The translations under genes were made by a program, and so were the position numbers. The notes under the pieces are model-generated. The model was not told the origin of the DNA, searched no databases, and worked only from the letters and a program-made list of their open reading frames with translations. A stretch of DNA of 64,000 bases. Source: Takakia lepidozioides (taxonomy: Eukaryota; Plantae; Bryophyta). Below are positions 13,920-26,307 of this stretch, piece by piece. The stretch covers positions 58,962,001 through 59,026,000 of the forward strand of contig CM060731.1 of NCBI GenBank assembly GCA_030704615.1, read 5' to 3'. Numbering within the stretch: position 1 is the stretch's first letter; the number at the start of each line of letters is the position of its first letter.

Positions 13920-14952
13920 GTGGGCATTCCTGGGACAATGGTTCGAACCTCGACGGGAGAGATATCATGGGAAAGGTCTCCGGTTCAAATATGATCGTAG
14001 GCTCTCTGGGGAAAAAAAATAAAAATGATTAGATATGGGATTGCACTTGGACTTAGATGACACTGGACACTTGGGCCTGTACATAGGAGATGCACTTGGA
14101 TACATGAATAGAAGATTGCACTTGGGCTTAGATTTCAATTCTTCACACATGGGCCAACGGCACAGGCTACACTAGAGGTCGCACTTGGGCCTCGACATAG
14201 GAGACCCACTTGTATACATAAGAAATTGCACTTGGACTTCAATTTCAATTCTTAACACATGGGCCAATGCCACAGGCTACCTTAGGCCTAGATCTCCCAA
14301 ACAAGAGGGTCTCTAGATACATAGGGGATTGCACTTGGACTTAGATGACACTGGACACTTGGGCCACGGCACAGGCTACCCTAGCGAGACGTTTTTTTTT
14401 TTTTTTGTTTTGTTTGTAGATTTGAGATGTCCCAAACTGCGAGGCCCCAGCCCTGGTGCTTGGTACCATTGGAAAGCCCTCGATGAGGAGGGGTGCAAGG
14501 GCTTGGTCTCATGATTTTTGGATCTGCGGTGTGGGAGATGTGGAATTTCAAGTACTTTGGGTCGCTGGAAATTCCTGAAAAAGAGCAAAGTGGGAATTCC
14601 TGGGACAATGTTGGAGCCTCAAGAGGAGAGATATCAAGGGAAAGGTCTCCGGTTCAAATTTGGTCGAAGGCTCTGTGGGAAAAAAATGCATTTGGACTTA
14701 GATGACATTGGATCCTTGGGCCAACGCAGAGGCTACCCTAGAAGGTCGCATTTGGGCCTCGACATAGGAGACGCACTTGCATACATAGGAGATTGCACTT
14801 GGGCTTAGATGACACTTGACACTTGGGCCAACGACATAGGCTACCCTAGAGGTCGCACTTGTGCCTCGACATAGGAGACGCACTGGGTCTTAGATACATA
14901 GGAGATCCTGCACGACAGTGGACACTTGGGCCAACGGTACAAGCTACCCTAG
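13920..14952 (+). mobile_element. Tandem non-autonomous Helitron-like repeat units
   Basis: Repeated subunits CACTTGGGC and GGCTACCCTAG; last unit ends CTAG|T. Same family inverted at 23095-23740, where a CTAG-TA-TC head-to-tail junction is visible. Confidence 0.5.
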
Positions 14953-17480
14953 TATACTTTACAATAGAGCCCAACCTGATCAAGGCAATAAAGTTATCCA
15001 TTAAGTTGAGGGGATGCGGGGTGAGTTTGTCCAGTTTGGCCAAACCATAGGATGAACGTCCATGAATATCCAAAGAGCGGGCCCACAAAGTACAAGGAAA
15101 AAAAATGGAAGGTGAAACTCAAAATAGCCAGAAAAACAGCAGAGACGCATTCGGTCCCGTGTTCCTCCGCGCTCGCCGTTTGGCCCTTTGCAGCCGTGCC
15201 CCCACACCCAAGCATGGGACATGTGGACGAGCTTGATGCGGGCCCACAAGGGCCCACGTTGCCATCATGTTGACCCAAGTTCCTACCTCGCACATGACCA
15301 TGCTACTTGTAGGCTGGCCTATCCCACTTTCTTTTGTTCGTGAAGAGTTTACTCGACTTAACGGATAGGCTCAAACTGCCCACCAGAGCGGTTTTGTGGG
15401 ATGGATCAGAGGGTCAAATAGGGTGGGACTTAACAGATTATTTTAATATACCCAACATATTACAACGACATAAAGAAACCAGATGGTTCTCACTCATCAA
15501 TGCTGGCACTTACCAAGGTAAACCCCCAGACCATACAGTATCATCCTGGCTATTATCCTGTATTTGCCAACCCCATGCTACATGCACATGTCCCGCTAGG
15601 CTCTGCCCGGACATCCTCTTAGTTCAGGGACTTCCCACGAAACGCCCTTCCACCTTCTACTCCTACTGTCGCGGCCCTTTGCCTTGAGGGCAGGGGGTCG
15701 GGACACAAAAAGGGCTGCCCCTGTGGTGGGGACAGGGGCAACAATAGGTACGGGGGTTGAAGCACCCTTGAGTGCCCAAGGCACTCAAGGAGGCGGAGGC
15801 GCTCACTAGGTGGAGCCCCGCACACCGGGTTGCGGTGGGGGTGGTTCCATGAGGGGTGGTGGTAGCTTAGTGGGTCTTAGTGGGGGTGGCATAGGACTCA
15901 TCATGGGGCGGAGACCTTGTGGTGGGAGTTGTGGGGAGTCTTGGGACTCATCACGGTCCAATGGGGCCGTGGTGGGTGGACTAAGACTCACCGCGACTCA
16001 TCACCGGGAACGGAGGGTCTTCGTGGTGGTTTGCCATAAAATAATTGGGTTGTTTGTGAAACCCCCGCGGACAGTCACAGAAGTATATATAGGGAGTAGT
16101 AACCCCGAGAACGGTGCAAGCCCGTTGGTGACCAAAAACTAGTGAGTAAGCGTGCGAGCCGGAAATCGACCAAGGTGTGGGGAGCTGTTCCGGACTGCCA
16201 ACAACCAAAGGGAATTTCCACTAGGCCCAAAATGAGCGAGGGTCTTGTGAAGGAGTAAAGGGGGACCGTTATGTCCCGGTGAGTAGCCGAAGCTCCGAGT
16301 TGGCTCGGCGGCCAGTTTGGGAGTTAGGCGCGCGCATCAAAGTGAGTAACTATGAATTGAAGGGGAGCTTACCGAAGTGAGGTGCGCGACACCTAACCCA
16401 CCACTAATCATACACTTCATCAAATTTACGTACTGCCACGGCCACTTTTCACACACCTCCGTCCTCGAAAAGCACCAGAAATACGCTCTGCTTATCTTTG
16501 CTATTTGCCGACGAAGGTGGGCCACGGGCCCACTCTCCGTCATCTCCGCAGGCACCAGAGGGGGCATACACAACGACAGTATCTCAACACTTCAAGATAA
16601 TCTTAAATCCCCACCATCTCCATCCATACATGCTTTAAAGACATCCACCTTACGACACTTCACTCTCTCACAACCATCATAACCAATAAGCAGAAACTCA
16701 AATCCACCCCATTTTTTGTACCCTAGGGTACGCCTGGGTACCCTCGAGTACCCTGGTACCCAGAGGTACCTCATACCCCCGGTTACTTGGTGTCCCCTGG
16801 ACACCTGTCATATTTATATAGGGCCCATCCTCGAAAGGGGGCAGTAGCCGCAAGGCGAAGTGGCTCTTAGGCCAGAGTCTTCTCTCTCTCTATTTTAATA
16901 TACCGCCAAATTTTCGCAAGCCACGTCGTATTATGGCTCCCTAGTCCCCCACATGCCCCCCTCCTAAGGCCGAGTGGTGGCCCCACGCCCTACCTTGGTC
17001 TAGCTCACCAAAATTTTGGCTTGGCCAATGCCCTCAAACATTTGGGGGCCCACCCTTTCGTGCTGCTGGCGGCCGGCAAGGCAGAAAATGAGTATTAGTT
17101 GCTTCCGTCATCATAAGGTGCCAAAACCCCATTCTACACCCATAGAGAGAAAAATGCTTCGTTGTATATATACCCTCGGAGGCGTAAGCCATGGCCAAAC
17201 AATATTCAATGACATGTATTATCACTTTAGAAATGCTCACTTAGTTTGTGTTGGACTTTGGTGAGCAAAGTATAATTTAACCTCCTCATCTCATAATCTT
17301 AGATTCCAAGTTTGGCGGTTTGGGTGGGTCATTTCCACTAACTTGACAAACACGTAATGCGTGCACCGCGAGCCTGGCCGACCCAAAAAAAGGCAAAGAG
17401 TCAATGCAGGTGACATCGTCAAAGCCGGAATTGTACAAATGTCATTTTGAACAATGAGGCCCTAGTGAACGCCTAATTCC

Positions 17481-17575
17481 GGAGATTGAAGATGCAAAAA
17501 GAATGTTCAACAATATGACTGAACAAAATGTGGTGGCATGGAGCATGATGATCGCATGATATGCATGCACAAGAT
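17481..17575 (+). pseudogene. PPR motif fragment
   Basis: Reads EIEDAKRMFNNMTEQNVVAWSMMIA*YA. Confidence 0.6.
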
Positions 17576-17764
17576 TTCACAAGTTCATCGAAGTGAATCA
17601 TAAAGTTTGTAGATGTAGTTAAAATTTGTAAACGTAAACGATACATGTGAAGAGACAACTATTCATCCACGGTTGTGAATGCTCCATATCAGCTATTAGT
17701 AGCTATCAAATCAGCTATTAGTAGATATCAAATGACATAAAGCCCGTGTGGGAATACCAAGTAA

Positions 17765-20700
17765 TCAAGTATACAAGTGATGAGGCAAGCGAGCTTTCAC
17801 GACAACTTGTAATGGAACACCTTTGCGCGACGCGAGCCCAAAGACCTCGCTCATGTCCAAGTCTTGGGGATGCTGGCCTTCTGGAAGCTCGAATGTAAAG
17901 CTTTGGAGCAGTTGCGCCAGACCCTTTTGAACCGTAATCAGACCCAAAGGCAAACCTGGGCAACCTCGTCGTCCTGATCCAAATGGCAAGAGCTCAAAAT
18001 CTTGGCCTTTCACATCCATATTACTGTTGTCAAACCTCTCCGGAATGAATTCATGAGGCTTCTGCCAAGCAGATGCGCTGTGATGAATAGCCCATACATT
18101 TACTATCGCCAGTGTCTTCGCAGGAATATGGTAGCCTGCTATTTGGCAAGCTTTAATGCTCTCATGCAGTATGAAAGGAATTGGAGGGTTGATGCGTAGG
18201 GTCTCCTTCACAACTGCCTGAAGGTAAGGGAGCCGAGGAATGTCGGCTTCATCCACCAACATATCACACCCAATCACGTCATCCAACTCTTTTTGAACTT
18301 TTCTCATTGCATTGGGATGTTGCAAGAGATGTGTGAGCGCCCATTCTATGGTTGTTGCTGATGTGTCAGAGCCCCCCGAAATAATATCCTGCATCAAGAA
18401 TTGACATGATGATACAAATTATCTCGAACATTTCTAACCAGTCTACATGTGCATTTAAAAATTGATCACAAACTCTCTGAGTCATGTAAAGACCTGTTGA
18501 CTTTGTGGCTTTAATGTTAGCATCTAGGGCTTCCACATAGGAATTCCCTTGGAGATTATGTACATGTCTTTTTCACGAGCGTGATAATTGCAGATTGTAG
18601 AAGCCCCCATGCTTGTGGACATGACCCATTTGTGGTGCACACATGTACTAATGAGTAAATAAGATAAAATACAATTTTGGTCATGATTTTTAAACTATAT
18701 CCATTTCAAATTATGAGAATCTATATTTGAATATCTCGAACCTAGATGGTCTATCATGTTGGATATTTAAGTTTTCATAACAGTTCTACAAATTATTTCC
18801 CTTTCTACGTACCGCCACAGTTTTTGGAATGTGTCAAATCATTATTAGGCTAGGTGCAACATAATAGGCCAACAATTGATAAACTTACCCAAAGAAGAAT
18901 GACTAACCATCTTACCCTTGCTTGGTTAGAATAGAAGGTACTCAAAGGAAATACAAAAATTTAAAAGAACCTAAAGAGCAATATCGCTTGTGGTCTCCAA
19001 ATTTATACAGCCTTGTCCTACTGAGGCTAGAAGCATATAGGCGGCATACGGAGCACGCTCAAACGTCCACTATTAATTATCCATTTTTAATCATATTATC
19101 CAATAAAAAACTTAAATTTTGTAGGATGAAAGAGGTAGAGTGGGTAGAGCTTGATGTTCTCTATTTGGAGGTTGTGGAGTCCAATATTTCCAGTTGGTGG
19201 GATGGGTTGGTGACCAAGTGACTAGGATTACCTGCCAAAATACATCTCGTAGCTAGCACTACGTAGTACGTAGCCTTGGTGGATATTGTACATAACCAAG
19301 TTACAACTGGTTTTTATCCAAATTTGCATCCAAATTTGGTACCGGATAAATATTGAAATAGTTGTATGTTGTCACTTTAGTAGCTCGCTTGCGTAAACGC
19401 AATTAATTTTGATGCAATGGCAAATCGCGTCAAACACTAGGTTATGGAATTCTGCCATAGTGAAGGAGAGGTGTAAGATATCCATACATGGTATTTATCA
19501 ATTATGATCCTTGTCCTTGGCGCTCTGCCATCGTGACAGACAATTCAAATCCAAAAAAATCATCAAAAGATGATATGTGATTTGTGATTGATAGATTAAA
19601 AGGGTTTTGAAACCTGTCGAGAGCTAGAGGGAGTAAATTCTTGTCACTTTCGAGTGTTTGGCATGTCCTTAATTTCATCTAATGGTGGGTCATATCTATC
19701 TATGTTTGCTCATTTGGGTATTATGTGATCCATCCTATCTACATTGGTAAATCTATTCACTTCGTCACGAGGTCACATCATGAGGTATATGGTTGTTATA
19801 TGCTTGAGAATTACATGTGCATTTTCTTGATGATCTAGGTTTGTAATCAAAAGGCCGAATGATAATAGCCAACCTTTAAATAATTTTGAGAAAATTGCAA
19901 CACATGAACTCACCATCTGGACAACTTACATTCAAAGAAAAGATATGAATACATGTGGAGGAGATATATATACTTACAATCATGAGTCCTTTCATAGAAA
20001 AGTCGTCAAGCTTGTATCCGACGCCCTCCTCTCCAGCAAGAGATAACAATACATCTACAATGTCTTTTTGGGTGTTTGAATTTTGTCTTCCCTCTTTCCG
20101 ATGATCCAGGATCATCATATTACAGAAGCGATCCATGCTTGCAGCAACTTTTTTCATGCGGGCTTCATAGCCTTGCACGTCGAAAGGCTTTATAAATGGA
20201 ATGTAATCACCAAGGTTGAAAGCACCAGAGACGTCAAAAAGTTCTATAATTAGGCTCCTAAACTCTTGACCTTCCTCGTTAGTCATCTCTACTCCAAACC
20301 ATTTTTTCCCAAGCACTATGCGAGTGATGATATTCATTGTCATATCGCTCAATCTTCTTTGCATATCCACATAATCTGAATTCTGCATGGACCCCTAGAC
20401 CAGTCAGTTCATGACTAATACATGTATTTACCTCAAATGCACCTCAAATGCACTAGCCAATATTCCTCGGTGATAGAATTTAATCTTCAATCTGTAGAAC
20501 TTTGGGCTACATGAAGATAAGTTGGATTGTGGACCCTTCAGTAACTCTCAAACACACGAATCTCTCTTCTCTATACTTCTATTTTTTGTGGGTAGCTATC
20601 ATTTAACCTCAAGAGTTTTTTCATACAACAATAAGGTGGCCCTCATATGGCCCAAGTACTATAGTTCAAGCTTAGATACAATAAGATAGATTATCTAGAC

Positions 20701-21365
20701 TTAAAACATTAATTACGGGTATATACGCAAGTAATGTATCTAATTATATACTCCATAGCTGAGACCATAGAAACTGATCAGATAAGAGTTAGTTGTGATT
20801 TAAACTAGTTAAATGCTACAACAATGATCAAATTTCAAGTTCTAACCTGGGATTCCTTGAAAATGCCCTGCACCAAAGAGGATACCTCCTCATCCCGGAT
20901 GTTCTTGAATGTCTGGATTCTCTTGGTAGTGAAGAGCTCCAACATACACAATTTGCGCAAACGTCGCCAGTGTTCCCCATAAGGGGCCCAACCCATGTCT
21001 TTTCTTTTATAAAAAATAATGTCTCCACCAGCTAGCTCAGGTCGAGAGGCAAAGATCTGGTCGTGGGTTTTGAGAACCGCTTGTGCCATCGCGGGAGAAG
21101 AAATCACGAGTACGGACCTCAATCCAAATTTCACTTGCATGATATCTCCATATTTAAGAGCTAATTTGGAGAGTGCCACATGGGGAGTGTTACCCAGAAA
21201 AGGGAGGTCTCCTAATATAGGCCAGCTTGGAAATGGCCCTGGAATCTTATTTATATTTCGATCACGAAAGAGCTTAAAGATCTGATCGAGAACAAGTGCA
21301 ACTACTGCTACGAGCAGAACCTTTGGAAATAATTGAAGACCAAGCATACTAGAGACCAAATCCAT
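17765..21365 (-). CDS. Cytochrome P450, CYP71 clan (A-type), 519 aa; exons 21365-20847, 20394-19978, 18388-17765
   Basis: N-terminal membrane anchor, PGP hinge, WRRLRK, I-helix GGSDTS, ETLR, PERF and heme motif PFGSGRRGCPG. Both introns are GT-AG, phase 0, and the joined frame is open. Confidence 0.95.
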
Positions 21366-23094
21366 TTTAAGTGTCTCCGGCCAATTATACAGTTTGGTAT
21401 GATCACAACTATTTCAAGATCTATCTATTTTACATTCGAGCTGCATAACTTGGATTCCCACATGAAAAGACTAGAACTATCAAAGAGATCATTAATGCTA
21501 CAGAATGAGATCTCTCAGCTAGCTCTCTCATTATATAGAAGAGATTATGCCATGGTGACCGTGAATACAGTGGGGTCTGGTGTTCGAATCTATTTGGTTT
21601 TGTCTGCCAACCTCACCTACTCAAGTTTCTTTCTAAAAGAAACAACTTCACAAACATTCACTATAAATGCATTGATGTTGCTCTTTTGTCTTATCTAAAG
21701 AGGTCTAAATTCGTTGTAAACAATGAAGAACAATGGACGGCTAGCCTCGGATGTCAAACAACTTGGACTCGTTTAATTGGATCTCAAGGATGACCTCTTC
21801 AACTCAACTTAAATAACTTACAAATATGAGATTATTTAGAGATAACATTATTTTTTGGTTGGAAAAAATAAACTACATCATAATGGTAAATTTTATGCTA
21901 GGACATATTCCTTCAAGATGCACCATGAATAGACAACCAAGTTCTAGCCAATGGTAATGGACACATACCATCTCGGAATGTGGTTGTGGGTTCAATCCAC
22001 CAACTAGGGTGCCACTTAATCCCGCCGGAAGGCAATAGACCTTTGGAGTCTAGAGATATTATGGATGAGTCAATCACCTTGGGCCCAAAGTGAAAGTTCA
22101 TTTTCCGACGATGGTGATATTGAAGAACATAGGGGTTTGTTGGTGGTGGCCAATTCTTTTGGCAATGAAGAATAATGACTCACTGGGAGTTTTAGACTGA
22201 TTTTGAAATGGATGTTATAGGTGAAGAAGCTCTTGAGAGCTTCATTAAAAGTCAATGAAGGGAAAAAAAGAAAAACCCTTACAAGCCCAAAGGCTGCCAT
22301 AGGGTGAATGCAGCCTACAATGTCCATTTTTTTGCTGTCACAAACTGTTTTTTTCCAGACATAGAATAGTGGTAAATCATCATACTCCTACATGACAATG
22401 CCATCAATAAAGAGGGACTAACATATAGAGGCTCATCTACATATACTTTCACACTTTTAAATCTCATTATCAAAAACCAGAATCTCTATATGCTATGGAC
22501 TTTTAAAAAGTCCATAAGGAATTGTCACAGTCCATAAAAAGATACATTATGGATTTTTTTTTTAAATATAGGAGTTAGAAAAAAGTCAAGAAAATGGACT
22601 CTCTCAAACTTGCTTTGGAGAATGAGGAATCTGGAATGAAAACTATCATTCAAAATTATGACATTAAAAAAAATATGTACTAGTTTGAGCCTAAAAAATA
22701 GCTATTTTTATAAAGACCTTTATGACTAATTTTTTTTTATATAACATTTTTTTTTTTCATTAGACACATTCATTCACCATAAATGCACAGTTGAGTATGA
22801 TCAAATTTCAAAACACATTTGTGAATTGATATTATCGTAATTTAAAAATCTTGGTTTTAACAGTCAATAATAGACGGTCAAGATTGTCGGTTGAAGCAAA
22901 TCCGATGGTTGAGGATTCGCCACATCATCCTTTATGTACTCATGATCTACCGTTTTTGGTCCACTCTAGTTTGCAATCACCCCATAAAGGCTCCGACGCG
23001 AGAAGAACTTGTAGGATAACCCTTAGAACAATGACAAAGAACAGTGGGGGGAAAACATCCCATACTTATGCAAAAAAGACCACCAAGAAAAAGG

Positions 23095-23740
23095 TTTCCT
23101 ATGTTGAGGCACAAGTGCGACCTCTAGGGTAGCCTCTGCCGTTGGCCCAAGGGTCCAATGTCATCTAAGCTCAAATGCATTTTTTGTCCACAGAGCCTAC
23201 GACCAGATTTGAACCAGAGACCTTTTCCTTTATATCTCTCTTCTCGAGGCTCCAACCATTGTCCCAGGAATTCCCACTTTGCTATTTTTCGAGAATTTCC
23301 AGCAACCCAAAGTACTTGAAATTCCACATCTCCCCCACCACAGGTCCAAAAATCATGAGACCAAGCCCATGCACCCCTCCTCGTCGAGGGCTTTCCAATG
23401 GTACCAAGCACTAGGGCTGGGGCCTCGCGGTTGGGGACATCTCAAATCTACAAAACAAAACAAAACAAAACAAACGTCTCGCTTCATCTATTGATACTAG
23501 GGTAGCCTGTGCCGTTGGCCCAAGTATCAAGTGTCATCTAAGCCCAAGTTCAATCTCATATGAATGCAAGCACGTCTCCTATGTCGAAGCCCAAGTACGA
23601 CCTCTAGGGTAGCCTCTGCCGTTGGCCCAAGGGTCCAATGTCATCTAAGTCCAATGCATTTTTTTCCACAGAGCCTACGACTAAATTTGAACCGGAGACC
23701 TTTCCCTTTATATCTCTCCACTCGAGGCTCCAGCCATTGG
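23095..23740 (-). mobile_element. Helitron-like repeat, inverted copy of the 13.9-15.0 kb family
   Basis: Reverse complement of 14330-14850 (GTACCATTGGAAAGCCCTCG, GGAAAGGTCTCCGGTTCAAAT, GGCTACCCTAG). Confidence 0.55.
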
Positions 23741-24479
23741 GGGCATGCTAGATTGTGAGCAACTCACGTAAGCAGAAAAAATTGTGAGCAGGATTCTGCT
23801 CATAGTTTTCGCTCTATTGCCGTAGACTTGTACCTGCTGGAAGCCCTATTACCGTGGGCTTCAAGCATAAAAAAATGAGCATTTTGTTTTAAGAGTGAGC
23901 CTGCGGGTTAGCAGCTTTGAAGATGTGTTTTCGGGCTTCCTTTAGCGGTCCTCGGTGAATTCGTCGTTTTCATTCATCCACTTTCTTTCTCATCTATCTT
24001 TTCTCATCGCACATTCATCCATCGTTCATCTACTCCTTTCATCCAACTCCTTTTCAAAACACACTCAAACATCAATCAACCACTCCACAACATGCAAGGC
24101 ATGGAAACTGGTGCTTGTCTTTAAGCAAATGAGTCATTCCGAAAAGGCACTTCCACTCTATCTAATTTTGAGCCCAAAACTGATGCAGAACTGTCTATAA
24201 AGATACTAGCCCGGCTCTGCCCAAAACCACCTCTGTCGCGGACCACAGGAGGGGGAGATGAGAGGATACGAATGTGCCAAATTAAGGTGGCGTTGACGCC
24301 ACCTTGATGCCACCTTAATATGGCTGGTCTTCTGGGCTGGAATTAAGCTCCAACAAGGGCTGGGAATCAACGAAATCTTAATGCCAAGCCTATTTTCCTC
24401 TACGAACATGGCTGCTCGCCAAGGCTTTTATTTAGTTTTTATTGTTTTATTGTTTTTGGGGTGAATTGTTATGTTCCAA

Positions 24480-24634
24480 CAGGGGCTGGGAATTAAGGTG
24501 TGGTTGACGACACCTTAATCTGGCACATTCGGGGGACCAAAAAAAAAAAAACAGATTTTATTTTATATATATATTTCCCTTCCGAATGTGTCAGATTAAG
24601 GTGTCTTCAGCGACACCTTAATTCCCAGCCCCTG
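24480..24634. mobile_element. MITE-like foldback, ~55-bp terminal inverted repeats
   Basis: CAGGGGCTGGGAATTAAGGTGT... / ...ACACCTTAATTCCCAGCCCCTG around an AT-rich core. Related degenerate copy at 24269-24368. No clear TSD. Confidence 0.7.
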
Positions 24635-25139
24635 AAAATGTGAAGTCGAATTGGGATAGGGGCGGAGCGCTCCCTGAGTAATCTTTGCTGCTTCTTAGCT
24701 ATACCCTTATCCATGACTATCTCTATAGGGTTCCGCCAAACTGTCAATATCCTTGTCTTTTTCAGCTTCTAGTTTATCCGTACCACTACTTTACCTAGTT
24801 CTCTACTTTTAGCCATGGCCGCCGCCATGGATTCTGATACCGAACTTGGTGTTCGAGGTGGTTCCGTCGCCTCTCCTCCTGCTTTAGCTACACCTCGCAC
24901 CTTTCCTTCACTGCGATTCTTTTAAGCTATACCATGGTTCTTTTAGTGCGAGTTTCACCAACCTACAATTATCGCGGTGTGCTTTGTGATGTCTCCTACT
25001 CCAACTCGAGCTTCCCACAGGAGCGTCGGTTTCTACCCCCCTCAACAGCAACGCAGCAGACAGGCATACCAGCTATCTCATATCGGGACTGTATTAATCA
25101 CTGGAGCGTCGCCCATGATTTCGAGTGCGCGCAAGAGTT

Positions 25140-26307
25140 AGCCATGGCCCCTGCTTCTGGCTTTTCTACTGTTGCGAGGACTTCTCCTCACTCCTTCCCT
25201 TGCTCTGTCAATGCCCTCTACTATAGTCTCACCGTGTTTCTTCTAAGCTTTATTTTGATGCTTTCGGAGCGATCTACAATGACCAAATCTCCTTCCACAG
25301 TGTCTGGGACCAATACCAACACCAACTGGTGTCCTATGCAGGTGCGAATGCCACTGAAGTACGCCCAAGCAGCCCATCAACGCAAGGACCCTCAAGCCAC
25401 TGCCTCCTGGGAGCTTGGCATGCACCGGTCCCTCGCCCTTGGCCTTCTTTTTATGCTGAAGAAACCCGCTCGGTGCTCCAGGTGTTTGCTAGTCCATACC
25501 TGTAAAGGATGTTTTCTCATCATCGCACTTTGTCTTATCTCGCCCACTAACGCACTCATCATGCATCACAAACAAGCGCCTGCTACACCCACCCACCCTG
25601 TTCTCGATGGTGCAAGCAACAACACAGTACTTAGATGGCCCGGCCAGCCCGAGCTCTACGGTGCTGATGGAGGCCCATGGATAAACGAGTATGAGAAGTT
25701 TTATGTTGGGGATTGCCTAACTGCTGCTCTGCACAGGAGCATGTGCGGTGACTCTGGCACCCAAATCTGCACATCTAATCCCTACTTTGTGAGGGCCCAA
25801 TTACGAACCAGGCACACCAAGAGGCCCCATGGCAAACATGATTTTCTTCTCTCAGGTTTGAGAGTGATGCTTGGAGCAAAACCTGAGCTGACAATACCCG
25901 TTGTGGGGAGTAGCAACACCAGCCAGTGGAGTGGTCTCTGGTGCAGGGTTGTTGCACAAGGTGGCAAATTTCTCAGCCAACTTCCCAAAGCACATTGGAT
26001 TCAGATCACCATCAACTATGCAGGTCTGCCAGCCAGTGCCCAAAAACAGCTTCAGTACGAGTACGACAACATTCAAGAGGCCGGTGCAGTGATGGACAGG
26101 CTGGAGGCTTCGACAACCTATCATCAAATGCTAGACAAAAACTTGACTCAGTCCTGCAAGCATCAGCTTTATAAGAAACGCCATCAACATCATTCTGAAA
26201 CTACTTTTGGGCAGCATGGCGATATTGTAGCAGATATTGAATCTTACATTGTCAGATTCTCTACCCCACCAGGTTCTTACACCCTCCCCCGTCTTTTCTA
26301 TAATGTC
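25140..26307 (+). CDS. Unknown coding segment, possibly the 5' ORF region of the LINE, fused in frame to truncated gag
   Basis: First ~455 codons of ORF 24934-27486 are open but have no match to Gypsy copy 4; gag homology starts abruptly at 26308. Confidence 0.35.

Noticed and set aside
15560-16210. Pro-rich minus-strand ORFs as a gene
   Set aside because: Short, interrupted by stops, with no recognisable motif; probably a decayed repeat that cannot be classified by eye.
16841-16862. Hammerhead ribozyme
   Set aside because: Has a GCC-GCAA-GGC-GAA stem but lacks the CUGANGA core and GAAA.
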